A stretch of 64,000 nucleotides of DNA from Eukaryota sp. TZLM1-RC (lineage: Eukaryota > Protista > Metamonada: BaSk clade). The position numbers and the translations under genes were made by a program. Under the pieces are notes generated by a model that saw nothing but the letters and a program-made list of their open reading frames with translations, was not told the origin of the DNA and ran no database searches. The DNA is taken from assembly GCA_040285825.1 (NCBI GenBank), contig JAUPSS010000005.1:1054001-1118000 (forward strand), read 5' to 3'. Positions 1 through 13,000 of this stretch are shown here, piece after piece (position 1 is the stretch's first letter; each line of letters opens with the position of its first letter).

Positions 1-177
1 TGTAAAATATTTGCCGAGCTACATCAATAAGATGTTGTTCCACCAAAAGAATGCCACAACAAAGTCTAACAAAGGGATCAAATGGAAACCTGTGCAAAAA
101 TTTAAGAACATTGCGTTGAAAATTTGGCAACTTTTGAGTAGCAACTAAGCCCAGCCTCAAAAGTTCAAAATTTACAG

Positions 178-708
178 TTGTCAAATGATTTTGACAAATC
201 ATCAATGAGCTCTTTTCAATCAAATCAGAGAGTTTTTGAAAACATCCTGGTCAAAAGTAGTTGCCTCCCTTATAAACATCATGTGGATGGAGTCCCTCAA
301 GGTTCTAAAGATGCTCCAGATTGGGCCACTTTTAAACCTGATAATCAGAAGTTGCCTGAGCAGGATGATCAACCCAAACATCGCCAAATCCTAGACTTGA
401 GCGAGATGCTACCATCTGAAGAAGCAAATCAATTGTTATTCTCGACTCCTTCAGTAGCACCGTATCTAGGAAGAAGACTATCATCTGCACAAGCTTCTGG
501 ACAGAGTACTCCTGTTCCTCCCACTATTCCCTTGGTAGCTAGTAGTCCTTCAACTAACATACCAAGAGATCCTTTAGTTCTTTCCTCTGGTGTATACATC
601 AAACCATTCACTGATGAAGAAAAGCTCATCAAGAAAATAGAAGAAAGGAAAAGACAACTAAAGAAACTGGATGATGGTTTTGATTCCAAGAAAATTTTCG
701 AAGTCTAA
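178..708 (+). pseudogene. Low-complexity ORF fragment of unknown function, abutting a truncated LTR element
   Basis: 176-aa Ser/Pro-rich ORF with no recognisable motif; its last ~7 nt overlap the start of homology to the integrase at 21640. Confidence 0.25.
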
Positions 709-1655
709 GAAAGATTTTGGTGGACTCTGGCGATTATAGCAATTGGAGTGAATATATCCCAATTGTACAACTTCAAATCAATTCAACTATTAGTAGAGTT
801 ACTGGTCATTCGCCCTACAAATTAATGTTTGGTAGCGACCACAGCCCTAGCGCTGATCCTAGTAATATGTTTGAACTAATTAAATCAGCTAATGTTAATA
901 TTCCCTTTGTTAAAGATCTTGAAGCAAAACTTGAAAGGATTTCAAAGAAGAGAGAAGAGGCAGAGCTCAGGCAAGCTCAACAACTGCCTGAAGTTAACAA
1001 ACATAGGAACCCTTTTGATAAAGGTGACTTAGTTTTGCGATTAAAAACTAATGGTAAACTCCATGGTTGCTTCGCTGGCCCTTTTCTCATTGAAGAAGTA
1101 AAATCCAATAAAAGCTTATTGCTCCAGAACTTAGTCACTGGTTCGTTATCTACAGCTAGTATAAATCATTGTAAACTATACCTTTCAGACTTCCCTAAAG
1201 AAGATCTTGATTGGGATAAGAATATTGCTGCTGGCGATATGGAAGAATCTGTAATCGTTAAAATTATAGATCACTTTGATTACGTAGATTCGAACAATAA
1301 TAAAGTTCCTTATTGCACTGCAGTTTGGTCTGGCGGCGAGACTTCGTCTGTCCCAGTTGCTGACGTCAAAAGCACTGAGGCATATCAAACATATTTGCGC
1401 TCTATTAGTCCTCGCACTACCAGGAAACGGAAGGCATCTTCTAATTCCAAATCTAAGACTAATTCCCCCGCAGTCAGTACTCGTAGCTCTCGTTCGAGAT
1501 CTAAGAGAGGGAAAAGGTAGTGTTGTACTGTGGACAATTAGTCTAGTACATTTGTACTTATATAGTATAGTTCACTAGTGATAGCCTTTATAAGGGCTGG
1601 TAAAATTCTAATAAATTACCCTTATTCTTTGTTATCATATATGGATAAAGCATCA
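702..1655 (+). mobile_element. 5'-truncated Ty3/Gypsy LTR retrotransposon (family A): integrase C-terminus, chromodomain-like tail, PPT and 3' LTR
   Basis: ORF 717-1520 has W..YIPIVQLQINST..TGHSPYKLMFG, GD.VL and GPF motifs plus a chromo-like IIDH...W segment. Polypurine tract GAGAGGGAAAAGGTAG is followed by LTR TGTTG...CATCA (1521-1655). Near-identical to 21640-22588. Confidence 0.9.
1521..1655 (+). repeat. 3' LTR, family A (135 bp)
   Basis: TG...CA ends directly after the PPT; homologous to 22460-22588 and 42973-43092. Confidence 0.8.
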
Positions 1656-1659
1656 CCTG

Positions 1660-1844
1660 TGTAGGCTTATGCCAATATAGGTTATAGTTATATTTGTGTA
1701 TTAGTAGTTACAGTATCACGTGATGCCACGTCATCACTTATTTATCTAGACTCTTGTTCAAATTCTCCTGATTATTCCCACCTTTCTAATAAACACCCCG
1801 TTTTCCTGTATATTACCTCGATGCATCTCCATACTAACCCAACA
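1660..1844 (+). repeat. 5' LTR, family B (185 bp)
   Basis: TGTAGG...CCAACA; homologous to the solo LTR at 23021-23216 (minus); followed by palindrome ACAGTAATTACTGT and gag. Confidence 0.75.
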
Positions 1845-4655
1845 GTAATTACTGTGGCCCAAACGAGTAATCCTGGCCGAGTTGCCCCAATTCTCCGAAG
1901 TGCTGACCGCTCCTCTTGCTCGCGCTTCGTTGACGAGTTGCGAGACTTTGCCGTCCGTATGTCCTTAATGAGACCTGAACCCGCTCCCACTAATTCCCAG
2001 AACTCTAGAAGAAGTTCCCGAAATCCCGCCCCTGAACCAGCTGAGGAAGCTGAAGAAGAAGTCAACCTTGAAGAGATCCGTTTCAATCTCCATGAAGCTT
2101 TGGCTGAAGATAGCCCTGTTGACCAAGAGGAAGAAGAAGAAGCTCCTCTCCTGTACTCTGATAACTCCGACGTTTCTGATGAAGAGAAACCCAACCCGTT
2201 ATGTCTTGTAGGAGCTCAAGACCCTGATGACCTCGAGTCCTTGTTATTGCCTTACATTCCTAGATGTATTGCCCCTGAAGTTTTGGATACTTTCCTAGTA
2301 ATCCACCAGATCTCTCCTAAGAAGCCAAAGAAGATTCTGAAATACCTGTTGTCCTGTACGCGCGTCAAAGATACCGCTAAAGCGTACCAGATGTTTAACC
2401 GTGTATCCTTGCCCCTGAATTGCCGTGATGCTGATGAAGCCATCACCCGATATACCCGAGATTTCATGAAGGTAGCTCGCAAGGTACCTTCCCTCCAGAA
2501 AGAAGAAGCCCTATCAAGAAGATACCTAAGTGGAATACGCCCGGAATCCCTGAAGAGATTACTGAAGACCGAAGCCGAAGATGGTCTCATTACCTCCATC
2601 CCTGAAGTTATTTCCCGATTAAAAGAGTTGCTCCCCGATTACCACCGTCCTTACTCTCGTAATGCCTACTTGTTCGAAGATAAGTTAGCTCAGAAATACC
2701 AGAATCCCCGAGAACGAAGAGCCAGACCTACCAGAAACTCATTTAGTACCCCTAAGCGAGGTTCCCGAACTCAGGCTTTTAGACCTGATTCTAGATCAAC
2801 TCAACCTCGAACTCGTACTCCAAAATCTAATCAATCTCATGAACTGATTTGTAACTATTGCAAGAAATCCGGACATGTAGTCCGCGATTGTCCTGACCCT
2901 AACTGCAAATTGAGCCAAGTCAACAAGAAGAAACCTTATAAGAACCCCCATAACCCTACCCTTCCAAGAACCTACCAGACTCGTAGCAACAAGCCTATCA
3001 ACTCAATCGTAGAATCTATTACCGAAGGTTTGAAAGAAGACTACCAGCAAGAAGCTACTTACGTACCCAGAATGTTAACACATTCCAGCTCTTCCGATTC
3101 TGAAGACCTAAATTATAGCGTATCCTTAAACCCCTTTTCTGAAATAAACCCCTCTCCCTACTCTGAATCTGATACCCATTCCACACCTAGTTCTTCTCAT
3201 TCTTTCCATACTAACCCTGAAGCAAATGATCTTGACGAACTGTTTGAATCTTTGGATTTCGTAACGCCTGGTCAAGATTTAACGTATGTTGCCCCAAACC
3301 CTATTGCTCAGTTATCTACACCTTCGCATTCTGCCTTCTGTGCTAGAAACGAAGACCTGAAATCATCTCGGGCAGCCGTTGAGCAGAATGGGAAGGTGAG
3401 AGATTGCTCTGCTATAGAGGTAAGGAACCTCTCTGATCTAACTCCTAGTGAGAACTCTAAAGCTGATGAAGACGCCGAACTCTCAAACCAGAGGAAAGCC
3501 CAAGGGGAAGCGATCCATGATTTCTCGCTGGATGGAGTTAGTTCCAACCTCGATTCTGATATGGCCCCAATTGGAGCTGACTGTGTATCACGACCTGGTG
3601 AAGTTATGGTTGATCTTGACGCTGAAGATTCTCAACAGAGTTCAGAACCAGAGATGCTAAACACGTTATATGCCGCCAAGGTGACGTCTCCTGCCCCAAC
3701 TTGCCATGTAATCCCTGACAGATCCCGAATCTCCTTTACGTACCAAGAACTCAATAAGCCCATGGATAAAAGCTTATTACACCTGAAGGCTTACACAAAG
3801 AACCATGACATACTGTACGGAATGGTTGATACAGGTGCTAGTGTTTCCTGTATTTCAAGTAAGCTTGTGAAGAATGCCGACCTAACTGTCTCTGACCAAA
3901 CCACATTCCTAAGCCTTGCCGATGGACAACAATTAGAAGCCAAAGTAGCTAAAGGTAGATTCGCCTTTATGCTTGGAGGAACTGCTCACCTTACTTATAT
4001 AGATATGAGACTTTGCCTCCTTCCCTGTGAGAACAACTTTATTATAGGTTGCGATACTCTGAAGAGATTAGGCCTACTGAACGAAGATTACCTATTTATT
4101 AATTTATCTCACCGGAACCTCCAAATCCTAGAAGATGAAGCTATACCTGACAGCTTCCTGCCCAAACCAGCCGAAATCGTTTCTCAAAAAGACCTCGTTG
4201 ATGATTCCAAGAGCCCTGAATTTGTCCAATCACTGAATGATGATTTGTTAGAAACCTTGCCTGATATAGAGAAGACCGCATTCCACCTGGATGATACTGA
4301 ACTAACCATAAATATCAAGAGATTATTACTGAAGTACCCCGATATATTCTCCAAATTGCCAGACCCCAAGGGAATCAAGTGCCGACCCATGCGACTTGAA
4401 TTCCATGACGAAACCGAACTTGTCTCTAAGAAAGCCCGATACCTCCCTCCAGACAAGCTGAAGATCGCTCACGAAGAGTTCGATACCCTTTTAGAGAATG
4501 GATTTGCTGTCCCTTATGATGGACCGTTCGCCTCTCCCATCCACTTAGTTTGTGCCCCTGGGAAGGCCCCTCGTCTGACCGGAGACTATTCTGGTCACAA
4601 GGGTATTAACGATCTGACTAAGCCCGTTCCAGCTTCCACTGCAAAAGACTTTTGA
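1821..4655 (+). mobile_element. Ty3/Gypsy gag-pol (Gag with CCHC knuckle, aspartic protease, N-terminal RT), 3'-truncated
   Basis: CNYCKKSGHVVRDC zinc knuckle, VDTGAS protease, RT start FASPIHLV...PRLTGDYS...INDLT. Truncated at ~4640 by a hAT fragment. The true start is probably GTG at 1854. Confidence 0.9.
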
Positions 4656-4790
4656 GCTATACAACTTACATCAGTTCGCTGTTAACAAATGTTCTCCATT
4701 GCAGGAGAGGTTTTTTCTGCTAAACGAAACAGATTGACTGACCACATAATTACAAATCAATTGTGCTTGAAGTCATGGTTGGAAAATGAT
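4640..4790 (+). pseudogene. hAT transposase C-terminal dimerisation-domain fragment
   Basis: Translates AIQLTSVRC*QMFSIAGEVFSAKRNRLTDHIITNQLCLKSWL, matching the hAT consensus AIPATS..SER.FS.AG......RNRL.......CLKSW. Confidence 0.75.
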
Positions 4791-6929
4791 TTTGATTCAA
4801 ATATGGAAAGATTATGCACTTGTTCGTATTTCTTGTGAGTAGGTTTTTAATGAATTGTTTTTAGTGTTTTCATATTAGTGTTAGTTTAATCTCAGTTAGT
4901 CCGAGCTTAGTTGAGCGTTATTATTCTAACATAAAGATTGGTTTAGCTTTGGTGCTGCTGCTAGTATTAAGACATCTTTTTCTAATTTTGACTCACGATT
5001 AACACTACATTCCCTTTTTGTTACTCCAGACGCCATTGTTTCACTTTTCGGTCGCGACGACCTCAAAGCTATCTTGAAAGAGATGAAAGTACTCGATGAG
5101 CTCAATTGTACAATTGTTGGAAACAAACCTCAACTTGTTTTACGACTGCTTGATACAATCCTTTGCTGTTTTTAAAATATGGATTTTATGCTTTTTATAT
5201 AAAATTTCTCACACTATCTGATGGAGTAAAGTATGTCAAGATGTTGAAAGCAGTCTCAATAAAGTTCAATATCAAACTTGATCACGGTCATAGTTTATCT
5301 GGCGTTGAGAGTGATGTTTTTGAAATATGGATCTCTTGAAATATATGTACTTAAGTTTCAGATGAATCTCCTCAACTGTTCTCCTTCATCAGCTGTTGTT
5401 TTTGGTCTTATTTGCAATCATTTTCTATCGTTTTTGGTAGTAAAAAAGGGAAATAATTCTTTGCTGCTTTTTTGCTATGAATTTGGCAGGTCATTTTGCA
5501 AATAAGAATAACTGTAAGCTTTAACTAGATCATTTCAAAATGTTTTTTTGCTTAAAATTGTTGTACCCCTACAGAAAAGCTAGTATTGGAAAACCTCTAC
5601 ATGAAGACTTTGATCAGTTAGTTTTGGAATGGGTTGAAAAACGTCAACGTTTGTTGCCACCCTCTAATTCAATAAGAAATTTGTGTAGGTAGGACCTTCT
5701 TTGGAATCCATTTGTTGACCATTGAAATTCAATAAGAACTGAGACAAACGATTGTTTAATTTTTAATAGATATCCAAGCGGTAGAATATCAAACAAGCAA
5801 TGGATTTCATTTACTGTGACAAAAAAGAACACAGTATTACCTTTTAGACCAACTTAACATTGTGAACGGTCAATTTTAAACTTCATGAGATAAGGAATTT
5901 TGACGAGTTGTCCCTTTTGAGAAAACAACCACAGAACTCACAGGTTTAATAGTTGTGCAAATTGAAGGACTCAACTCTGAGGATTTTGTGTTGCTAATGC
6001 TACAGTATACACACATTCCGCCATTATTATTGTAAAGTAAGAAGTGAAATTGCGCTTTCATGTAGAACATTTTCTAAGAAATATATTGCCCATTATTGTT
6101 ACTAATTGAATGACTCAGGACGAAGCTCAAAAATGTATAGTCATCGTTGACGTTCTCCCCCTACTATCTTGTAGTTGGTCCATGGTGATCATAGAATGTA
6201 TTTCCAATTGTTGGAGAAAATAAGAACTATTGAACTGTGATGATATACATTCGAATGACATGGACAGATAAACGACGATGAAACTAATTAAACAAAAGAT
6301 TTGAACATAACTCATGAAGAATGTTATTCAACTAACACTAGAATAAAATCGACAACATGTTTAGTCAAGTTGTAAGTATTTTAGAAGGTAAATATACATT
6401 TTCCGACCAAAGAATGGAACAAGTTTTGATGTAGAAAAGAAATATCAATTAATGGGAAAGACGAGATGTTGTAAGTTTCCTTCAGACTATGAGTCATCAA
6501 GATATTTCTAATGAAGCTAATGGAATCAATGGAATCGGTTTAGTTTGAAATCACCTTTAGCTAATATCGAAATAGTGAATTTTTGGTCTTTGCAATAGTA
6601 ATATTTATTGACTTTTATTGCAATACAAAATATTCGAATTCTTAAATCCTTCTTTAAATTCTTAAATCTTACTGATACATTCTTTTTGGTTTTAATAAAA
6701 AATATTCGTGATTCTGCTCATCAAAACAAAGATAAACATTTCATTGAGATTATCCAAACGTAATTCGATTTCACTTCTTTGTTCACCAGCAGAGGATGGA
6801 TTGATTGGATTTATTTACAGTGGGTGGATTGATTGCAAGTTATATGAGTCAACATATTGATCTATGGATATGTCTGAGTATCTATTAGCCCATTAGTTTA
6901 AAAGAAATGATGTATTAAGAAAACAATTA

Positions 6930-7550
6930 CATTCATGCCAGTAATTAGTCTCAGTGCAAAATTAGTCTCAGTGCACAATTAGTCTCACTGAGACTAATAT
7001 TGTCCAAGAGGTGTCCCAAACTCCTCAAGTGAGACTAATATTGTCCAAAATTTTTCCATTTGAAAAAGCTTGCAATGGATGTAATAGCACATATAAACAT
7101 AAATTAATTATAATATAACATATTAAACACATATAAGAGATTGTATTCAGTCTAGTTTGTTCCTTTCAGTAGCTTCTACCCTTTGTTAATGAACAATATC
7201 TTTTCAGGGTCCCCTATCCTCCGAGCATTTGCGAAAGTTGAGCTCCGCAATCCTTCGTCTTATAATGCTGCTAATGAATCTCCCTCTACTGATGAAAATG
7301 AAACAGACAACAGTCCTCCTCAGTCTTGGAGGGAGATGATGATGATTGCTATGTATTGGAATAGTTCGACCAAATAAAATGTCTTTATTACTTCAGAACA
7401 TCAGGACAAATTTAATCTCAGTGCAGAATTAGTCTCAGTACAGAATTACTCTCAGTGCACAATTAGTCTCACTGAGACTAATATTGTCCTAAAAATTGAA
7501 AATACTGAGTACAAAATTAGTCTCAGTGAGACTAATTACAGGCACCAGTG
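6930..7550. mobile_element. Non-autonomous Tc1/mariner-type element (MITE), 621 bp, with subterminal 17-bp arrays
   Basis: TA on both sides (6928-6929, 7551-7552); imperfect ~24-bp TIRs CATTCATGCCAGTAATTAGTCTCA / TGAGACTAATTACAGGCACCAGTG; tandem AATTAGTCTCAGTGCAN units and palindromes ATTAGTCTCACTGAGACTAAT. Confidence 0.75.
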
Positions 7551-8029
7551 TAATTATTGTTGCACAAAACCTGAACTCACAATTTCGTCATTAGAATTAA
7601 TTATGATGCAGCTGGAGAAACAGAATCGTCTTCTATTCTGGGTGTTCTGGGTAAAGAAGCATGTGGGTCATCATCAAACAGAAACAGGTATATTCTTTAA
7701 CTTTGAGATTCCCAAACCAAAAATTCATTGTCGCATGAAACTAGCCCCGACCTCCACAATGAATCTGGGATGATCAACGCAGATTGTGCTAAGCATGACG
7801 GTAGAGTAACTTGCTGTTCTAAAGAATCTTCCCTATCGGACTCTTCTGATACAGAAGCTGAGAAATCTAATAAATGAATTCGTATACCCAAACCATCCAT
7901 CCATGAACCATCAAGGAGCTAAATAATGACATTGATAAGAAATTGCTACAAATCAACAATATGCCGATTGTAATACTCGTTTAAAAAGAATGGTAAATAC
8001 TGAAGCCATCATTTATAAAGTCAGGTTAA

Positions 8030-9360
8030 TCCAACACTTACCTTCACTTGAAAAAATTCCTTCTAATAGTTTCATTAAAAACAATCCAAAAACATGTAGA
8101 CTACACAGACACACGTAATCAGATCTTTCTTGACTGTAATCAAGTTCAAACAATTAAAAACTGAATGATTGATGATTGCTCCGTCGTTCTTGTATTTATT
8201 AATAGAGACTCTGAATAAAGAGAATTACTCTCAATATTTGGTAGAGACTCTGAAGTTTAATATCAAAAATATATATTCAAAGTAACCATCAGTAGTATTT
8301 GAATCACGACAAGAACAGTTTCAGTAGCAAGATTGATAGAGATTGATAGATACTTGAAAGTTAATAATTGTGCCAAGCTTAATTACCACGGTGTACTTGC
8401 CCCCTGATTATTCTGGAAGAAATGATAGAAGAAAACACCAGTACTTCTCTTAATAATACAAGATGACTGAAATCAGATAATTTCATGGTACGATGTTTAA
8501 GCACTAACTTCACTAGTGAAGTGGGTAATTTTACTATTTTGAAGTCACAATCAAACTCTAGACATTGGAGACTTGATGAATGTGCCAGGTTTAAATGACC
8601 ACTAGATCTGATTCCACTAAACCTAACAACCTCAATATTTGGGAATAAAAACAATAATTGTGGATCATGATGGACATTACTGTAGTAAACATTAATTCTT
8701 TTAATGCTAGTATTAATTAAGTTGGGTCCTTTATAATCAGTAGATAATCGCAATATTAAATGGAATGTGTATTTTGCAGATATGAAGTTGGCTTCTTCTA
8801 CCTTGTTAAAAGAATGGTAAAAATGTTAAAATTATTCAGGATGGCGGTCAATGAGAAAGAATTAATCCATTTGTTGTTATTGATTGAAGCCCCAAACATG
8901 CAACTTGCCGATCGATCGGCACTGGTGCTTCGGACTAACATAAATAGAAATATTATCATGAAGGGGCAATTTGATCAGGAATTTGATTGAGAATTTGATT
9001 ATGGGGAACTCATCACGATGAAGGAACCTTTACCATTACAACTCCAAATACAAACTTCACCAAAGTAGGTGAGGAAAAGGGTATCAGGAAAACAAGCAGA
9101 AAAACACATGACCCCTACTTCCCGATCGAACGGCACTGGTGAAGCAATGGTTTGGGGTTTTGTAACACCAATTAATTGTGGAGAGCTATTCGAGGAAGAG
9201 GAGGAAGAGGAGGAAGGGTTTGTAGAGAAGTTGTGTTTCCGTCTGATACATGTGTAAGCGGAACAAAGAACATAAGATGGAGGGGCGTATTCGAGGTAAC
9301 TCGAAGACAGCGTTCTGTTAATGAATGGGAAGAGGCAAACTAACCACAAGAGATCCAAGT
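8030..9360 (-). pseudogene. Degraded LRR-like multigene-family member
   Basis: ORF 8379-8753 has LRR/FNIP-like phrases (FPNIEVV, LPTSLVKLVL, FSHLVLLREV). The 3' part (8080-8260) recurs at 47260-47450 and inverted at 63600-63770. Confidence 0.45.
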
Positions 9361-9789
9361 GTTACCTTGGTTGCGAGTCACTTCAAAAGAAAATGGTTTT
9401 TTAAAGAAAATTCTGACTGCAAACATGTAGATTTATTTTTGTTTTTAGATGAAATTCTCTGCTCTTGTCATTCTTTCCCGAGAAGTACTGCTCATAAATA
9501 TAGTGTTCCGAGGTTCTTCAGTATTCATTCTATCATCATACAAAACCGTAGAGAAGCAATTACGAGAAAGTACCATACTAAGTTAAACAATGAACAGAAA
9601 ATAATTGGTAACTATTTGATAATTAACATTATCCCCGTGAACAATTATTACAACTGGCGTATTGACAATAAAATAGTGCCAAAAATTGAAATAACCATTG
9701 AATTTTCTATTTATTTGAAATTTATATTCCATAACAAACAACAATTTGATGAGATAATATTGCACTATTGGTTAATACATTATGAGTTT

Positions 9790-9987
9790 GTTGGTATATA
9801 TTTATGTTCAAAGTTTCCCAACTGAAATTTCAACAGATGGTTTTGGCAAAATAGAATTGTCTTTTGTATTTTTTTGGGGATGTTGAAGATGGTTTTTGAT
9901 GCTTTGCTCTCTTTTGCATCTCACTATGAGAGAATTGCATTAAGTTGTTTTGTTTTGGGAGAGATGTATTATTTAGATGATTTATAA
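9790..9987 (+). mobile_element. 3' fragment of CRE-like non-LTR retrotransposon
   Basis: FWQNRIVFCIF..MLKMVFDALLSFASHYERIA is homologous to the RLE tail at 27260-27500. Confidence 0.65.
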
Positions 9988-10029
9988 GTTTTGTATTACA
10001 CAAATATTATCAAGAAATTAAACTTTTTA

Positions 10030-13000
10030 ATATTTATTTATTTATTTTCTACGAAGAATCAAATAGAACAAACTAAAACACATAAGAAACTAAATTCTCC
10101 ACGCCAACTCTTGATGAATCCTTATAAAGTTTAGACATCATTAAACTCAAGTACTTGGGAACACTTCTGTACAAAGCGAAAATGATACGATTTTTCCATA
10201 AATTCTCTGCAAAATTCTTACCACTTGAACGACATAAATTACCAAAATCATTGATGAAATTCAAGGCGGATTGTCCAATGTTGCCAAAAATCGAAAAGGC
10301 AAAAGGAACAAACGAAAACTTCGAATAAAGGTTCTTATTTAAATCATTTAATATCTCAGTATATTTATCTCTCTTACGATCTTCAGCCTTGTTCAAATGA
10401 CCATTAGTACTAAGTAAAACATCATCGCGATAAACCAAAGCAAAGGGATCAACTGTAGTGAAATCAACAACAACTTGAGAGGAATCCACAAAAGGAGCAA
10501 TTAAATCACCTCGACGTGAATTAAAAAGATTATCATCACTATAATGCTTCAACAAAGGTTCTACTTTGCAACTAAAATTGTAACACTTGAACATCTCATA
10601 TGTCACATCACGAACGGCATTATGAAGAACTGACCTATATTGGAGAAATTTCTTACAGCTCACATTATGACGAAAATTGGCGGTAGGTTTTTGTTACAAA
10701 TACAATAAGAATTGTCCAAAAGACCACTTGGATACATCCCTAATCTCAACCGCATGTTTTGTTTCCAAGCTTCATTTGTTAAGTGAAGACCAAATGTCCT
10801 TGGTTGCTGAGATATTAAACTAGTACAGTTCTGAATGTCTGATAAAAAGGCAGCAAAGACGGGATTATTAATCTTAGTCACACTAAGTCGTTTAGAAAAA
10901 TCCAGGTCTTCAAAACCAATAAGAACAGACTTCTGTAATTTCACAACAGCAAGATGAAGATTGGTGAAAGATCTCGAAGGCACAGTAGGCAAACTTGAAG
11001 GAAAACTCCTATTCCAAACATCAACAGGTAGTTCTTGCACCATTTTGTCAAGAGAAATTAATAAAGGATGTGATTCATTCAAAGGAATATGATCAAAACG
11101 AAGTTTCCATTCAAAAAGAAAATTTTTCATACCACCAATAAAAGCACTTTTTGCATAAATACTCTGCTTTTGAAAAACCAACTCCACCAAATTTAGGACT
11201 AAAAAAATGCATGATAAGGAATTTTAGATGGACAAACTTCTACTAAATTTCCTAAGAAATTTGTTCTCAAAGTATTGAATTGACGTGCAAAATCATGAGA
11301 AATTGTGGGAGATAAAGAACGAAGAAGATGATTAATTTTTGATCCAAAACACACATTGAGGACCGAAAACGCTAAATGTTTGTCAATTTGTAGATCTTGA
11401 ATAGCCAAAAGTTGCTCTTCGATTTTTTCCAAAATACCTGACAAAATCGATTTAACTTTTTCACTATTTCCAAAATAAGATCCAAGAAACCGAATAGCAT
11501 CTTCCTCGTAATCAACGTATTTGATAAAAGTTTCATTAAATGCCACCTCCGCATGCTGATTACCAATAATGAAACACTTGGGCAATTTAATGTCTAACCC
11601 TATTTGTTTGGCCAGAAAAACAAAATGTTGTAAACCGTGTTGTAAAAGAGACAAAGGGCCAATAAGTGATAAATCATCTGCATAAGCACATATATGAATG
11701 TCAGGAAAATCCGACTTAAATTTTACCAAAACTGATTGCAGTGCTAAGCAAAGAAAAATGGACCCAATGGATCCCCTTGTTTGACCCCTCTTGACGAAAC
11801 AATATTCTCAGAATGAAAAATTAAGTTAGAGGGTGATCCATACATCAATTTAAAATACGGCAAAAGTGGAGGATAGTGTAGTTCAAGTTCATGCAAAATA
11901 CTGGAGCGAAAAACGGAGTTGAAAGCATTTTTAAAATCAATGTTCAATAAATAATTTTCGCCTTTTTGATTGAAAAGTAAATCTGTACACAACGCAGCAC
12001 ATGTTGTGCCATCAGGAATTCCGATAGCAAACTGATAAGGACGAAAAAAATTAATTGCGGATGACTTAACTCTTTTAAAAGAAATAATTGCCAATAATCT
12101 CGTTATGGACTCACCAACAGCAATAGGTCTGACACCACCTCCAGGCTTATTTAAAGCAACTAAACGAGAAGCCATTAACGCCTGTGGTAACTTGAAACGT
12201 CCCATGATGACACTATTAAAAAAGAAAACTAAATCATCCACGATTTCTGGACATATGTTGACTGCGGACTTCAAATGATCATAACTAAGTCCAGAAGGCC
12301 CAGCAGAACGACCAGACGGAAGTCCTTTAATAGCTACACTAACTTCATCACAAGTGATAGGATTAGCAGTGAAGAAATCACGTTCATTATCAGAGACTAT
12401 GTGATTTATGGTGAAGTCTTCATGTGGATGAAGAGAATTTAAAGAATCCAATGTTTCATCATTGAAGGCAGCAGGAGAAGAACCAGCCAATAATTTAAGT
12501 GCTGAAGAGTATTGTGAACGAAGAATCAAAGACTCAAAGCGCTTTTTGACATTTTTAGATTGTTGAACCGACTTCTTATATTTAGATTTCTTGTGTGAAG
12601 ACATAGCCTTAGAAAGAAAAAATTTCCAAAAAATCGAAGGATTCCAAATGCCCTTTCGAAGAGAGAAGGTTAAAGATCGAATAACTGTTGCAAGAGAAGA
12701 CGAATGAGCAGGAGAAACGAATTGAGGGATTGCAAATGGAGGTCTACAAGGATCAATTGGCGTGCAAGAATCACAAACCAAAAGAGGTCGACCCGAAACA
12801 TTGAATCCAGAAACTGGAGAACAACAGAACAAACATGATTTTGTATTACTACTGACTGAAGACGAATGAAGTATCTGTGGAGGCTCAATGGACTCAATAG
12901 GTGAAGATAATGATGCCAATACAGCTTCATCTGACAAAACTTTTCGCCGAGAACAAGTTGTTTTTGTGTGACCAACAGTTTTGCACAAAGAACAGGTAGT

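Noticed and set aside
1772-4456. Antisense ORFs within gag-pol (and those inside the VPS13-like and SRP72 genes)
   Set aside because: Shadow ORFs of real coding frames with no independent motifs.
4930-5170. SAP-like motif DLKAILKEMK...GNKPQLVLRLL
   Set aside because: Short, lacks a start, and spacing is atypical; insufficient support.
6943-7540. CRISPR-like array of short palindromic repeats
   Set aside because: Units are directly tandem without unique spacers, lie inside TA-flanked TIRs, and no cas genes are present.
10660-11760. Programmed ribosomal frameshifting in the CRE-like ORF
   Set aside because: Four shifts in both directions at plain homopolymers within conserved domains fit indel errors or slippage better.
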